64,000 bases of DNA, taken from NCBI RefSeq assembly GCF_006345805.1, contig NC_043007.1, forward strand, positions 62,496,001 to 62,560,000. The letters run 5' to 3'. A program made the position numbers and the translations under genes. Below are positions 12,640 through 25,904 of the stretch, in pieces; position 1 is the stretch's first letter, and each line of letters begins with the position of its first letter. Under the pieces are notes generated by a model. The model ran no database searches, was not told where the DNA came from, and saw only the letters and a list, made by a program, of their open reading frames with translations. The DNA is from Octopus sinensis. Lineage: Eukaryota.

Positions 12640-12830
12640 CACATAATTGAAATTTACAAAAAAACAAAAGTGGAAGACTGGTGTATGAACAACAGGCAGG
12701 TGTATTAGTTTGACACTTGGGAAAGTGAGAAAGTCTTAACGTTTCAAGCCTACGCGCTTCAACAGAAAGGAATATGAGGAAATAAACAGAGAGAGAATAA
12801 AAAAACTTGTGGATTTAGCGATCAATCATG
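12640..12830 (-). mobile_element. Penelope-like pseudo-LTR fragment with a minimal hammerhead-like motif (12735-12770)
   Basis: Minus strand: cttt-CTGTTGA-agcgcgtaggctt-GAAACGTT-aag. The palindromic ACGT in place of stem III resembles minimal PLE hammerheads. A6 is not conserved. Confidence 0.5.
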
Positions 12831-12940
12831 GTGACTGTATATATATATATATTTAGCAGAATGAACTCAAAATATCGTATTTATATTCATATACAAGACA
12901 AAGCATTAATAATGGTCATTATATACATTTACATTGTAGT

Positions 12941-13073
12941 ATATTTGACTTACAGCTGTAGTTGTTATAGGTTCATTATTGATTGGTTTACTCAACAGAT
13001 CAATGGACTGATTGAGTAAACCAATCAAAAATGATCCTATAATGACAACTGGAAACAGCTGTAAGTCAAATAT
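12941..13073. repeat. Imperfect fold-back carrying the hammerhead 3' half GAAACAGCTGTA
   Basis: 12941-12995 is the reverse complement of about 13012-13073 with small indels. Right arm has GAAACAGCTGTA-agtc, and the loop has gact-gattga. Confidence 0.65.
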
Positions 13074-13223
13074 TATGTTATAAAAGAGAAGCAGATCTCT
13101 GTTTGTCTGTCTGTCACAACATCTATTAAAGGAAGGGAAAGAAGGGGAGGAATCAAAATATATGTCACAAAGTTTTTTCAGAAAAAGGGAAGAAAAAAGG
13201 TTGTTGCTGTTGAGAGAGAAATA

Positions 13224-13262
<39 letters not shown>

Positions 13263-13282
13263 TGTGTGATAGCTAGCTAGCT

Positions 13283-14189
<907 letters not shown>

Positions 14190-14579
14190 CATTGTCACCA
14201 TAGTAACTAACAAGTTTTAATTAAAAATGTGGGGAAATTTTAAGTGCAAGTCTGTCAACACAACTTCAAAAACAAAAGACTTTCAGTATATAACAATATA
14301 GACAGTTATTTTTTGAGGTTATTTGTTTGTTTGTGTGTGTATGTGGGAGGTTTGTGTGTGTGTTGTGTGTACTAACACACAGATACACACACACAGACAC
14401 ACACATGTGTGTCATAAATATATGAACTCTCTCTATCTCATACCAATCCTGCTAACATTTTGACAGACCCAACTACATAAATGGCACAAGGAGTTTAGTA
14501 TTGTCTGACATCAAATACTGGTGAAACTTCAATGTCAGTGTCAAGAAAATTATCTTAAGCTATTATAAGTGTGCAAATA

Positions 14580-15842
14580 CAGGGGTTGGACCAAATAGAA
14601 TCACTTTGCTAAATGGAAATTTTTTTTTTTAATACAGAGTTGGCCCAACTTTGGCAACAATCACAGCATTAATATGTCAAGGAATTGACTCATACAGGTT
14701 CTGAACAATTGTTAGTGGAATTTTGAGTCATTCTTCAAGTAGAACCTGCTCTAACTGTTTCAGCAGCAACAGAGAAAAGCAACTTCTCACATGCTGCTCC
14801 AAAATGCACCATAAAATGTTTGATTATATTAAGATGCAGTAATTGTGGGAGCCAGTCCAAGTGAATTATTTCACTTTTGTTCATGTTATATCAATTTTGA
14901 ATAACATTGGCCAAGTAGATTAGTGCATTATCATCCTAGAAGATTGTATTACTACTGGGGAACAATGTTTATACCATAAGATAGACATGGTCAGCTAAAA
15001 TTTTCAGATAATCTTTGGTGTTAACTCTGCCATGAAAAACAACTAAAGGGTCAAGAGAATTCTTTGATACAGCTGCTCAAATCATTACAGAGCCACCTCC
15101 ATGCTTCATAGCAGGGGCTAATCAGTCAGAGTTGAAGGTTTCTTTGGGCTGTCTCCAGATATAAACTCATCTCGAAATGGGAAAAAAGGTGAACGATGAT
15201 ACATTGGCAAAGATAACATTGTTCCATTGAGCCATTGATTGCTTCTTGTTGTCTAGACACCATTTTTTCCAATTATCAGTTTTGATGGAGAACAGGAAAG
15301 GTTTAGCAACTGTAGCCCTCCCATGGTATCTAGCTTTATGGAGTTTATAATGAACAGCTTTCATTGACACAGAGTTGGCAATGTGGTGGTTTAGCTCTGT
15401 TGTTACTTTTGCTACCAATTTCCATGGTTTTTAGACACAATACATTTCACTATACTGCAGTCCATCTCTTTGAGCTCTGCCTTCGATTCAGAATTATGCT
15501 TGCCAGAGCTGGTTTCACCCTGGTTTTGGAATGTCAAAATAATTTTAGACACTATACCGCTTGAAACATTAAACAATTCAGCAGTTTTAGGGATAGAATT
15601 TCCAGCCATCCATACTCCAACAATTTGTACTCTTTGGAAATTAGACAGGTCAAACCCTTTAACCTATATAAATATATCTGCAAAAAAAGAATAACAAATG
15701 GCTGTATCATGAAGTACAAGGTATACACAATGGATATGAATACATATGTACAGACTAGAACAGTTTGAATTTGTCATATTGCCAACAGAAAAAAGTAGTT
15801 GAATAAAAAGTGGTGTTCTCATTATTTTGTCCAACATTTTTA
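14580..15842 (-). mobile_element. Decayed Tc1-like DD36E element related to 6278-7545
   Basis: Left end ta-caggggttggac, right end 'ggtgttctcattattttgtccaac'. Minus-strand fragments MAGNSIPKTAELF..., WNNVIFANVSSF and F*DDNAL...WLPQLLHLNIIK. Confidence 0.85.
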
Positions 15843-16140
15843 TACATTTTTATACATGCATGGTGGTTGTCTACTCCTTATGCAGTGTTTGACCACCTTA
15901 GAACCATCATGGCATCTGATGTGGCTTTTTAAACTAGATAATGTTTTGAAAAGACACCCACATAGATTGCATATCCAATTTGGACCACCAAGAGCTGCAG
16001 TTAAGTTCTGATCTTTGTAGATCTTAAAATGTTTTATACATACATACATACATACATAAATGTATATAAATAAATGTGTGTGTACGTATGTAGTTATAAA
16101 TGTGTGTATGTGTACATATATGTATGTATACATATTTGTT

Positions 16141-16182
<42 letters not shown>

Positions 16183-16184
<2 letters not shown>

Positions 16185-16604
16185 CACAGGAGTGGTTGTG
16201 TGGTAAGTAGCTTGTTTACCAACCATATGGTTCTGGGTTCAGTCCCACTGCGTGGCACCTTGGGCAAGTGTCTTCTACTATAGCCTCGGGCTAACCAAAG
16301 CCTGGTGAGTGGATTTGGTAGACGGAAACTGAAAGAAGCCCGTCGTATATATGTATATATATATATGCGTGTGTGTGTTTGTGTGTCTGTGTTTGTCCCC
16401 CTAGCATTGCTTGACAACCATTGCTTGACAACCGATGCTGGTGTGCTTATGTCCCCGTTACTTAGCGGTTCGGCAAAAGAGACTGATAGAATAAATACTG
16501 GGCTTATAAAAGAATAAGTCCTGAGGTTGAGTTGCTCGATTAAAAGCGGTGCTCCAGCATGGCCGCAGTCAAATGACTGAAACAAGTAAAAGAGTAAAAG
16601 AGTA
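16183..16604 (+). mobile_element. tRNA-derived SINE family 1 (bipartite, central microsatellite)
   Basis: A-box-like 'tggttgtgtgg', B-box-like 'gggttcagtccc', internal (TA)/(TG) tract, tail 'gactgaaacaagtaaaagagt'. Many copies in the window. Confidence 0.9.
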
Positions 16605-16770
16605 ATATATGTATGTATGTATGTTTATGTATATTTATATATATGTATGCATGTGTATCTATATTTATTTATTATTTATCTTTATAGTGATTAGTAGTAA
16701 AATACCCCAAGGACAGTGTTCTGACTAGTACCAACATAGTGTCTATGTCAAAGGATATACACGCACGTGC

Positions 16771-16821
<51 letters not shown>

Positions 16822-17585
16822 TGTGTGCATTTTTATGCTGGCAAGCTGTGTAGCCAGATGCAAGGCATATGTTGCTATCATTATCTACATATAAGTTTCC
16901 TAACCAAAGAAATTAATTGCATTGATTTTTTTTTAAAGATGTTATTGATTTATCTTTTTTGCCTTATTTTAAGGGAATAGGTATTGCAAGCAATATTTTG
17001 TTTATTTATGTTTCATATTTTGAATAGCATATTTGGCTCTGTAAATATCTTGCTGTGAAAGATAAGCACATAGACATATTTATGTATTGAAACAAAAGAT
17101 TATCTCCTAAAGATAGCAAAATATGAATTTCAAATTACTAAAAGCTTTCTACAGGGGAGACCATGTTGTAAAAGTCCTACTTTTTTTTATGCAGCAGTGA
17201 AGGGAAAATGTTTGGCAGAATGTTTAAGGGCTGACTAAATATTGATTTCCTACACTGCCACAGAGAACACAGATAAGTTTGATAAGGTACCTGACAACCA
17301 ACCAAGAGATCAGCAGTGTGTATCCTGCTTAGTATGTGTTTCATATGTGCCTATCATCAAGACATTTAACCAACAATAATCAAATACATTTGATGCTATT
17401 TATATTTACACATTGCATGTCGTGTCACCATTATTAGAAGTGACAGAAGCACTGTGGAACTGAAGAAATGGTGAATGATTTATTTACAGCAGTGAATTCA
17501 GTTTCTCCTTTGGGTAAAAAGAAAAGCTACTTACAATGGATCAACAGGGAGTTTGATATCAAGAAGAGATTTGTCACTTCTTCAT

Positions 17586-17813
17586 TTAACCTTTTTGTTA
17601 CCAACCCTGCTGAAACTGGCTCTGGCTCTGAGTACAAATGTTTTGTTTTCATAAGTTTTAAATTAAAATCTTCCACCAAACCTTAGTCGCAATTTATATT
17701 CCTAACACTAGCTGAATGATAACTAAGTTATTTTACTAAATTCTTTGTTATATTTAAAGTAATTGAAAGAAACACAGAGCATCTCAAAATAAATACTGTA
17801 ATGAAAGGGTTAA
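17586..17813. mobile_element. piggyBac-like MITE
   Basis: TTAA at both ends, termini ttaa-cctttt ... aaaggg-ttaa. Confidence 0.6.
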
Positions 17814-18089
17814 GGCTACTGAAACCAAAGATAAGTATCAGGCTTAGTAACATTGGCTTAAAGTCATAAATATATAGAAGAGGATTATACTCAATTGAAT
17901 CACCCCCTAGTAGATGCTAGTAGTTATTTTGTCAACAATGAAGAGATGAATGGCAAAAACTGATTTTGGATAGTACTGACAACTCCAGAGTTATAAAATA
18001 CAAACAAGTTTGGATGTTGCGCAATCTAAGTTTCACTCAGCTTTGTTCCAACCAAAGTGAGCAGTTTGAAGGTGCTGAAAGCTTTTCTT

Positions 18090-18400
18090 CCTCAGAAGAA
18101 ACAGGTTGACAATGATCATAGCATGATCAGAGTTTCCTAAAGTTTCTCTGGTAGTGACAGTGATAACAGTTTTGCAGGGGCAGTAGTAACTAATGGATCC
18201 AAAGTGTTGTTACTTCTTGTGGGTGGAGATGACTATTTGGGACCAGACTTGGGACTACTTTAGACCACCAGGTCATGTGATTTCAACTTTGCTTGATTTT
18301 GTCAATGATGGACACTCCACTACTAGAGATAGCAGCAACTCAGCCTTGTTAAATAAGGGTGAAATGCTTGAGTCAGGTTTAATACATATCTATACTATAA
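18090..18400 (-). pseudogene. Highly decayed LINE APE endonuclease fragment
   Basis: Minus-strand pieces 'NTLD.LVTT' and 'ETLGNSDHAMIIVNL' in different frames. Confidence 0.4.
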
Positions 18401-18962
18401 AATTTCTTTATCTTCATGGTAATTGTGATTATGAAATGTTAAATTCCATTTGCTGTACCATTGTAACCAGGTTTTAATTTTACATGTAACCAGCTCATTT
18501 TATTTACATTACTAATGCTCTTGGGAAGGACATGAACATTAAAACTTGCAAATCACTTTGACATTTATTCATTTTAGCCTGGATTTTTGTTAAAACCTCT
18601 AATATTTTTTTAGACATTCAGAATCTGAAACAAATAATTTTCATTTTAATAAAATTGTTTATCAATCTGAAACTTATTAAGGTTAGGACATTTAGAACTG
18701 TAGTGCATATATACATGCATGTGTGTGTGTGTGTGTGTGTGTGCAGTTGTGTGTGTGTGTGTGCAGTGTGTGTGTGTGTGTGCAGTTGTGTGTGTGTGTG
18801 TGCATGTGTGAGTGTGTGTGCATGTGTGAGTGTGTGTATGTGGGGGGGGGGGTGCGCTTGCATATGTGCACACATGTGTGTGTATCTGTTTTGTGTTCAC
18901 TGTCAGAAAAAAAAACATATTCAGTACCACAAAGTTGAGATTAATAGCTTTTATTTCAGTCA

Positions 18963-19061
18963 AGTTAGTCTCTTGCTACTTTGAGTTTCACCTGTTATGA
19001 CTAACTTGCTTGAAGATCATGTGCACTTACAGGTGAAACTCAGAGTAGCAAGAGACTGACT
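18963..19061. repeat. Fold-back (33-bp arms) containing a type-I hammerhead at 19005-19052 (+)
   Basis: Arms 18963-18995 / 19029-19061. cttgc-TTGAAGA-tcatgtgcacttacaggt-GAAA-ctc a gag-TA-gcaag. Confidence 0.8.
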
Positions 19062-19089
19062 CAGCCAGAATGATATTTATTTATATATA

Positions 19090-19335
19090 CACGAACAGTT
19101 TACCCGGCATTGCTCAGGATTGTCATTTAATGTAAAACAACACCAGGGTATTTCAATTTCAAAATAAATGAAAGATAAGCAATCTGATCACAATAACCCA
19201 TATGTTACCAAAATGTTTGGTTAAGAATTAAGCAGGAAAATTAGTAACATAAGGATGAGATTATTGCTTCAATACAATTAGCTGTGTGTTTTGGCATTGC
19301 TAAAGTTTATAAACCTAACTTTATATATTATTTCC
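19090..19335 (+). mobile_element. Possible Helentron-type (DINE-1-like) non-autonomous element
   Basis: 'tacccggcattgctcagg' resembles the 5' subterminal motif of such elements, and the region ends in 'cttttatatatta'. Weak, from memory of the motif. Confidence 0.25.
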
Positions 19336-19579
19336 TGTTCCATGGATAACTATAACAAAGTCTTGAATATATTGGAGTCTTGTTGGTGTTATGGCTTTGT
19401 ACTCGTAAATAATCACTCCTCCTAGATTTGTGGAATAACTACTTAAAGTCAAATGGTCAACCAATAAAGCCCTAAGCATAAGGGTTTTGTTAAAGGAAGG
19501 AGAGAAACCAAACGTTCATTTGTTATTCCATTGAACAATAGTAAGTCTCGATCAGTTTTTGATAACCTCAGGGTTAAAA

Positions 19580-20456
19580 GAAGCTGAACATCAATGTATT
19601 GAGTGCTGAAGGAGGATCTCAGGACCTACCCCTACAAGATGATCTGTTGTTATGACATCACACAAGTTTATAAAGCCATCAGACTGGAGAGAAGTCATCT
19701 TATCCAGCATCAGTTGGTTGAAGGCATGCAGCCCAGCCTGGTTTCACTAATGAAAAGAAATTTGACATCAAACAGACAGTAAACCACCAGAATGACCAAC
19801 TTTGGAGTGTATCTGGTTCCGCCAAGGGTAGACTCGTAAATCAACATCAAATTCCCCAGTCAGTTATGTTTTTGGCACCTGTGACATCTACTGGAAGGTC
19901 TCCCTTCGTTTTTATGTCCTTGGGTGTTAAATTTGACACCCACCGATACAATAGCAACATTCTGGAAGCTGAATTGCTTCCATGGGCAAATGATTACTTT
20001 CAAGGTGCTCCTTGGATCCTCCAACAGGACTCAGCACCATCTCACAGCTCCAAACAGACACAGCACTAGATTCAGAAAAAAACATTCCATCGTTTGTAGA
20101 CAAGGATTTATGGCTCTCAAGAAACCCTGATCTGAACCTACTGAATTTTTCTGTTTGGTCCAATTTGGAGATGAGGGTCTCAAGGACTCCTCATGTTTCG
20201 CTCAATGCTCTGAAGGCAAAACTGCACCAGAAATGAGCTTCAGTTCCACAAGAACAGCTGAGTGCTGCATGTGAAGTATTCATACCTAGATTTAAGGCTG
20301 CAACTCAAAACAGAGGTGGTCATATCAAGTAAATATAGTAGTGTCATAATTGTTTTTCCATTACCATTGCATTGCAATGCTTGAACTCGAAATATAACAA
20401 TATCATGCTTTGGCAAAATTGAGAAATGCTGATTGCCTTATTTTTGGGACACCCTG
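19580..20456 (+). mobile_element. maT/DD37D-type transposon remnant, 5'-truncated
   Basis: 'KEDLRTYPYK', 'KKFDIKQTVNHQNDQLW', 'WILQQDSAPSH', 'NPDLNLLNFSVW'. Right TIR 'tttttgggacaccctg'. Confidence 0.8.
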
Positions 20457-20473
20457 CATATATATATGTGTGT

Positions 20474-20525
<52 letters not shown>

Positions 20526-20636
20526 TGTGTGTGTGTGTGGTGTGTGTGTGTGTGTGTGTGTGTGCATGTGTGTATTATCAATGGATCATGTATCTGAAAA
20601 AAAAAAGCATGCCCTAAAGAATGGAGCAGTAATGTA

Positions 20637-20811
20637 TTTACAAGCAGTTAAATATATGTTCGGTCATAGAGTGACCAATAGTTTCACATCCATAAAGTGC
20701 TAGACCTTATAGACAGCTCATCACTCATAAACCATCTATAAGGCCTAGCACTTTATGGATGTGAACCCATTGGTCACTCTATGACCAGACATATATTTAA
20801 CTGCTTGTAAA
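20637..20811. repeat. Fold-back (77-bp arms) with a hammerhead motif at 20669-20726 (-)
   Basis: Arms 20637-20713 / 20735-20811. Minus strand gagt-[ct missing]GATGA-stem II-GAAA-ctattg-GTC-actc. Confidence 0.8.
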
Positions 20812-21093
20812 CATATACACACACATGCGTGCGCACACACACACTCAGACACAAACACACACACACACACACAGAGGCATACCTCAGCTTAAGTCATTTC
20901 GATTTAAGTTGTTCTCAATTATATGTTGGTTTTCAAAAATGATATATGGGAAAATAAAAATCAAGTAAAGTCATTTTACTCGACTTTATGTCTGTTTACC
21001 ACAAATAGTGGAATCGTAAAATCACCAGAAAGCTGTTAAAAGCACATAAAATCATGTTACTGTACAATAAATAAGAATAAAAGCATATAAAAT

Positions 21094-21256
21094 CATGGCT
21101 GTGTGGTAAGTAGCTTGCTTACCAACCACATGGTTCTGGGTTCAGTCCCACTGCATGGCACCTTGCGCAAATGTCTTCTACTATAGTCTCGGGCCGACCA
21201 AAGCCTTGTGAGTGGATTTGGTAGACGGAAACTGAAAGAAGCCCATCGTATATATG

Positions 21257-21290
<34 letters not shown>

Positions 21291-21508
21291 CATGTGTTTG
21301 CGTATCTATGTTTGTCTCCCCAACATCGCTTGACAACCGATGCTGGTGTGTTTACGTACCCATAACTTAGCAGTTCAGCAAAAGAGACTGATACAATAAG
21401 TACTAGGCTTACAAAGAATAAGTCCTGGGGTCGATTTGTTCGACTAAAGGCAGTGCTCCAGCATGATTGCAGTCAAATGACTGAAACAAGTAAAAGAATA
21501 AAAGAATA
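21094..21508 (+). mobile_element. SINE family 1 copy
   Basis: Same head, body and tail as 16183-16604. Confidence 0.9.
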
Positions 21509-21924
21509 CAGTTTATGTTAAGACACACATCATAAAATAATGTAGCTTAGTGAATGAAATTGTGAAATCAGCCGTGTTGTCTTATTTGTTGGTCTTTCAG
21601 AACCCATATTGCTCTGTAGTTCCAATATCTACCATTAGGTGCCGTTGTCACTCATGATTCCTATGATTATTTTGAATCCAGAATTATTTACGTCTGTTTA
21701 TCAGCTACTTTCTCATTCTCATTCATTTGTGACTTTATTTTTTGCCCGTATGGCTCCTAAGAAAATTCATAGTGAAAGTGCTAAGCATCATGCTATAATG
21801 CTGGAAGTACAGAACTGGGAATGTTATTATCAGTTTAGCCTAGAGACAAGTAAATTCGGCCTAGCCTAGAGACAATTTAATTCAATTTAAGTCGTTTTTC
21901 GATTTAAGTCATGTATATAATATA

Positions 21925-22720
21925 ATAATAATAATAATGAAATTATTGTATACAGTGCTTAGGTGCACCACAACTTGTCAAAAAGTGCGCATAAAGTATA
22001 AGCAGTAATGTACAAATGTCTCGAAAGTGAACAGTGTATGAGTCAGATACATGCTTGTGTGTGTATGAAGGGGAGAAAATCAGGTGTAGTGTTGGCGAAT
22101 CTCAGGAAGCATGGAAGTTTTGAAGGATGCAGTGCTCCGACAACTAACTACTGATGCCGGCAGTTTGTTCCATGCTTCAGTAACTCTTAGCATGAAAAAA
22201 TGTTTCCAAAAGTCATGGGAGCTGTGCTGTTTTCTGACTTTGTAAACATGTCCGCGGGTGTCAGACAGATGGAGTTTGAAAAGGTGCTCAGAGTTATTGT
22301 TTGTAAGATGGTTGATAATTTTATGGGTGTCTGCCAAGTCAGCTGCCAGATGTTGGAGTTTCACTGTATCTATGCCCAGGGAAGTAAGGCGTTCAGAATA
22401 TGGCAAATGCCCGATGGAGGGTATTCTCTTGGTTGCACATCGCTGAATGGCTTCCAGACAATTAATATCCTGGGCAAGATAGGGGTTCCAGACTGGTGAT
22501 GCAAATTCCAGGTGAGGTCGTACCATAGCTATATAAAGCTGCAGATAGATAGCCAGAGAATGGCTCATAAAGGACTTGGTGAGTGATGCCAAAACACCCT
22601 CAGCCTTTTTAGCAAATTTAGCAATGTGTTTTGTCCAACGTAAATCACTGTCGACAATAACGCCCAGATCACATTCACAAGAAGACTTTTTGAGATTAGT
22701 GTTGTGGAAGGAGTAAGTAC
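21925..22720 (-). mobile_element. 5'-truncated CR1/Jockey-group LINE (RT C-terminal region plus 3' UTR)
   Basis: ORF 22080-22730 (RDLG-like 'CDLGVIVD', 'RPHLEF', 'QRCATK') closely matches 50872-51678. (ATT)n tail at about 21925. Confidence 0.92.
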
Positions 22721-22989
22721 AAAACTGCATCTCTCTCCCTCCCTATCTCCCCCCTCTCTCTCTCTCTGCAGAAAGTATCATTGTGTAAAGAAAGAAGTGA
22801 CATTGCTAAAATATTAAATTTCGTAAATGTTTTGTTTTCTTATCAAATTTTTGTATTGTGAACAAGCTATGGTGAGTCTGAAGCATTTCCACTGATGAGA
22901 CACAAAAAACTGAAACGCATCTCAAGTTGTCTCCCATTGTCCCAAACAAGATTATAAAAAATAATACTGATTTTGATTAAGCATAATTT

Positions 22990-23410
22990 TTTCTTTTTAT
23001 CTTTCATCTTTTAGTTGTTTCAGTCATTATACTGTGGCCATGCTAGGGCACCATCTTGAAGAATTTTTAGTCAAGTGAATCATCCTCAGTGCTCTTTTTT
23101 TTTAAAGCCTATTGTATCGCTTTCTTTTACTGAACTGCTAAGTTACTGGGATGTAAACATGGGTTGTCAAGCAGTGGTGGGGGACAAACACAGATGCAAA
23201 GACATACACAGACACATACACACACACACACGCACACATATACATGACAAGATTCTTTCAGTTTCTGTCAACCAAATCCACTCAATAAGCTTTGGTTGGC
23301 CCTAGGCTATAGTAGAAGACACTTGCTCAAGATGCCATGCAGTGGGACTGAACCCAGAACTAAGTGGTTGGGAACCAAACTGCTCACCACACAGCCATGC
23401 CTGCACCTAT
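22990..23410 (-). mobile_element. SINE family 1 copy
   Basis: Reverse complement of the family-1 tail, microsatellite and head. Confidence 0.85.
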
Positions 23411-23686
23411 GTGTCACAATTATTATTATTTTTTTATTACTTATCTGAATATATTTTACATTTTAAATTTTCTAATTATTGAATTTGAGTATAACAACTT
23501 AACTCATTTTTATGTTTGTAAATTGTAAATAAAGCAGGCAGCGAGAATGGAGGACGGATGCCATTAGAGTGAAGATGGAGAGACAAAGTTTTAATTTTCC
23601 TAGTTGTAATGTAGCATTACTACAATCATTAGTCTACATATCAATGGAATGCTTGCTCAGCTGCTGCCCTAAATTACATACATATA

Positions 23687-23733
<47 letters not shown>

Positions 23734-24132
23734 TACACATGCATATATTTACTCAGAGATAACAGGGCAATAGCTCTGAGAAAATGGGTGGGATTTTAAA
23801 TGCAAAAGAGATAGTAGAGTTAAAAAAAGAGATAGCCAGAGAGAGAGAGGTGGGAGAGAGAAGAGAGAAGGGCAGGAGAGACAAAGTAAGGATTAGAAAA
23901 AGAAAGAAGACAAAAGAAAAGGGCAAATAGATGAGTAATGAAAAAAAAGAAAATATCCTCTTTCAAAGTACACATGCACAAACGTACACACATACAAACA
24001 CACATACATGCCTATAGAAATATGTAAAGAGAAAGCAGAAAAAGGGAAAGTATGTAACACGTAGTTAATAAGAAAGTGAAAGAAAGATGGGTCAATAGAT
24101 AGGCAAACGGACAAACAGACAAACAGATAAAC

Positions 24133-24233
<101 letters not shown>

Positions 24234-24539
24234 TTAGAAGTGTACGTAGGAGGGAAAGAGAAGAGAGAGAGAAATATAGATAAAAATGTGTGTGTATGTG
24301 TGTGTATGTGTGTGTGTGTGTGTGTATACATATACATATACAAGTATATATATGTACAATGCACATGGGAATGAAAAAGATGAGTTAATAAAAGACAGAA
24401 AGAAAGAGATCATATGTGAACTAAATCAGATGATACCCTCATAGCAGTCGATTTAATAAACAACACTTTATCTTTTTTTTTTTTTTTGGTATTTACATAT
24501 GTAGTCAGTTTTTGTGGTTGAAGCCAGTAATTTTGGTCA

Positions 24540-24785
24540 TGGCCAGTGCTGGTGATGCCCATGCCAGTGACATGTAAAAGGCACCCTGGCTGGTGACACA
24601 TAAAAGGTACCCATGCCAGTGACATATAAAATCCACCCAGTACACTCAGTGGTGTAGTTGGTGTTAGGAAGGGCATCCAGCAGTAGAAACCAAACCAAAA
24701 CAGACAATTGGAGCTTGGTGCAGTTCTCTAGCTTATCATCTCCAGTCAAACCATCTGACCCATGCCAGCATGGAAAATAGTGTAT
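24540..24785 (+). mobile_element. RTE-tail retroposon copy with short degenerate internal repeats
   Basis: Three 'ccagtgacatgtaaaaggcacc'-like units, then 'ggtgttaggaagggcatccagc...ccatgccagcatggaaa'. Confidence 0.7.
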
Positions 24786-25663
24786 GTATGTATGTATGTA
24801 TGTATGTACGTATGTATGTATGTATGTATGTATGTATGTATGTATGTATGTATGTATGTATGTATATCTATGTGTGTGTGTATCTTGTGCTTGTGTTTGA
24901 CAGAAGCCCATCAACCCCTGCTGATCTGGCTTTAGTGGTTAATTGAAGGAAGAGGTGAAGAGAGAGAGAATAGTGTTAGTGGGGAGAACTAAGAGAAAGG
25001 GATTACTCTTATGTTATGTGGTTGAATAATTAGTTGAAGAAAGAGGTAGAGAGGAAGGAAAAGAGAAATAAAACATGTTTAGTACAGGATGCAGTATTGT
25101 TGAAAGAAGGAAAGAGAGGAAGGGAAAGGAAAAGAGAGGGGAGATAAAGAGAGGGAGAGGAGAGGAAGAGAGAGAAAAGTGGGAAAGAGAGAAAGCAAGT
25201 GTGCACATCTGTGCAGTTATGTTTAATAATACAATATTGTGACAGGCATTAAAACTAAAAGTGTGATTGCCATTAGAGGTTTTAATATTCAAATGTTTTC
25301 ATGTTTTCTATCCATCGATGTAGCTGGTAGATAGATATGTTGATGAATAGAAAATAGAAAGAGGAATAACTTGATTTATTGATAGATAATTAAATTAAAG
25401 TGAAATAACCGAAGTTAGCAAACAGCTGTGGATGTTATTCGTTTACTCTTTTACACATTCCAGCCTGGATGCTGTGACCGTGCTGGGGCACTGCCATTGT
25501 TCGAGGTTTTTTTTTTTTCTTTTGATATTAGGTTTAAATACTTATCCATATTGTCAGAGTAGACAGCGACATACATCAACAGAAAGAAAAGTAGTATGAT
25601 AGATAGATAGAAAGAAAGGTAGGTAGGTATCAACAGATAAACAGAGTGACAAACAGATATATA

Positions 25664-25713
<50 letters not shown>

Positions 25714-25904
25714 GGCTGCCCCCTCGTTATTGAGTATGGCCATTGCATGAAGCTTAACTGTTACTGGTGCTGTGATTGAATGCGACTTTTTAGCCCAGCT
25801 AAAAATCTACAATGTCTTGTACAGAATTGGCAACTAATACCTTTACTCTCTAATATATATATATATATATATATCATATATCAGAAAGCAGGGGTTAAGT
25901 GACC

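Noticed and set aside
16183-16260. tRNA genes at SINE heads
   Set aside because: They have A/B boxes only, no cloverleaf, and are attached to SINE bodies.
22885-22935. CTGATGA...GAAACGCATC as a hammerhead
   Set aside because: There is no stem I complementarity and no credible stem II.
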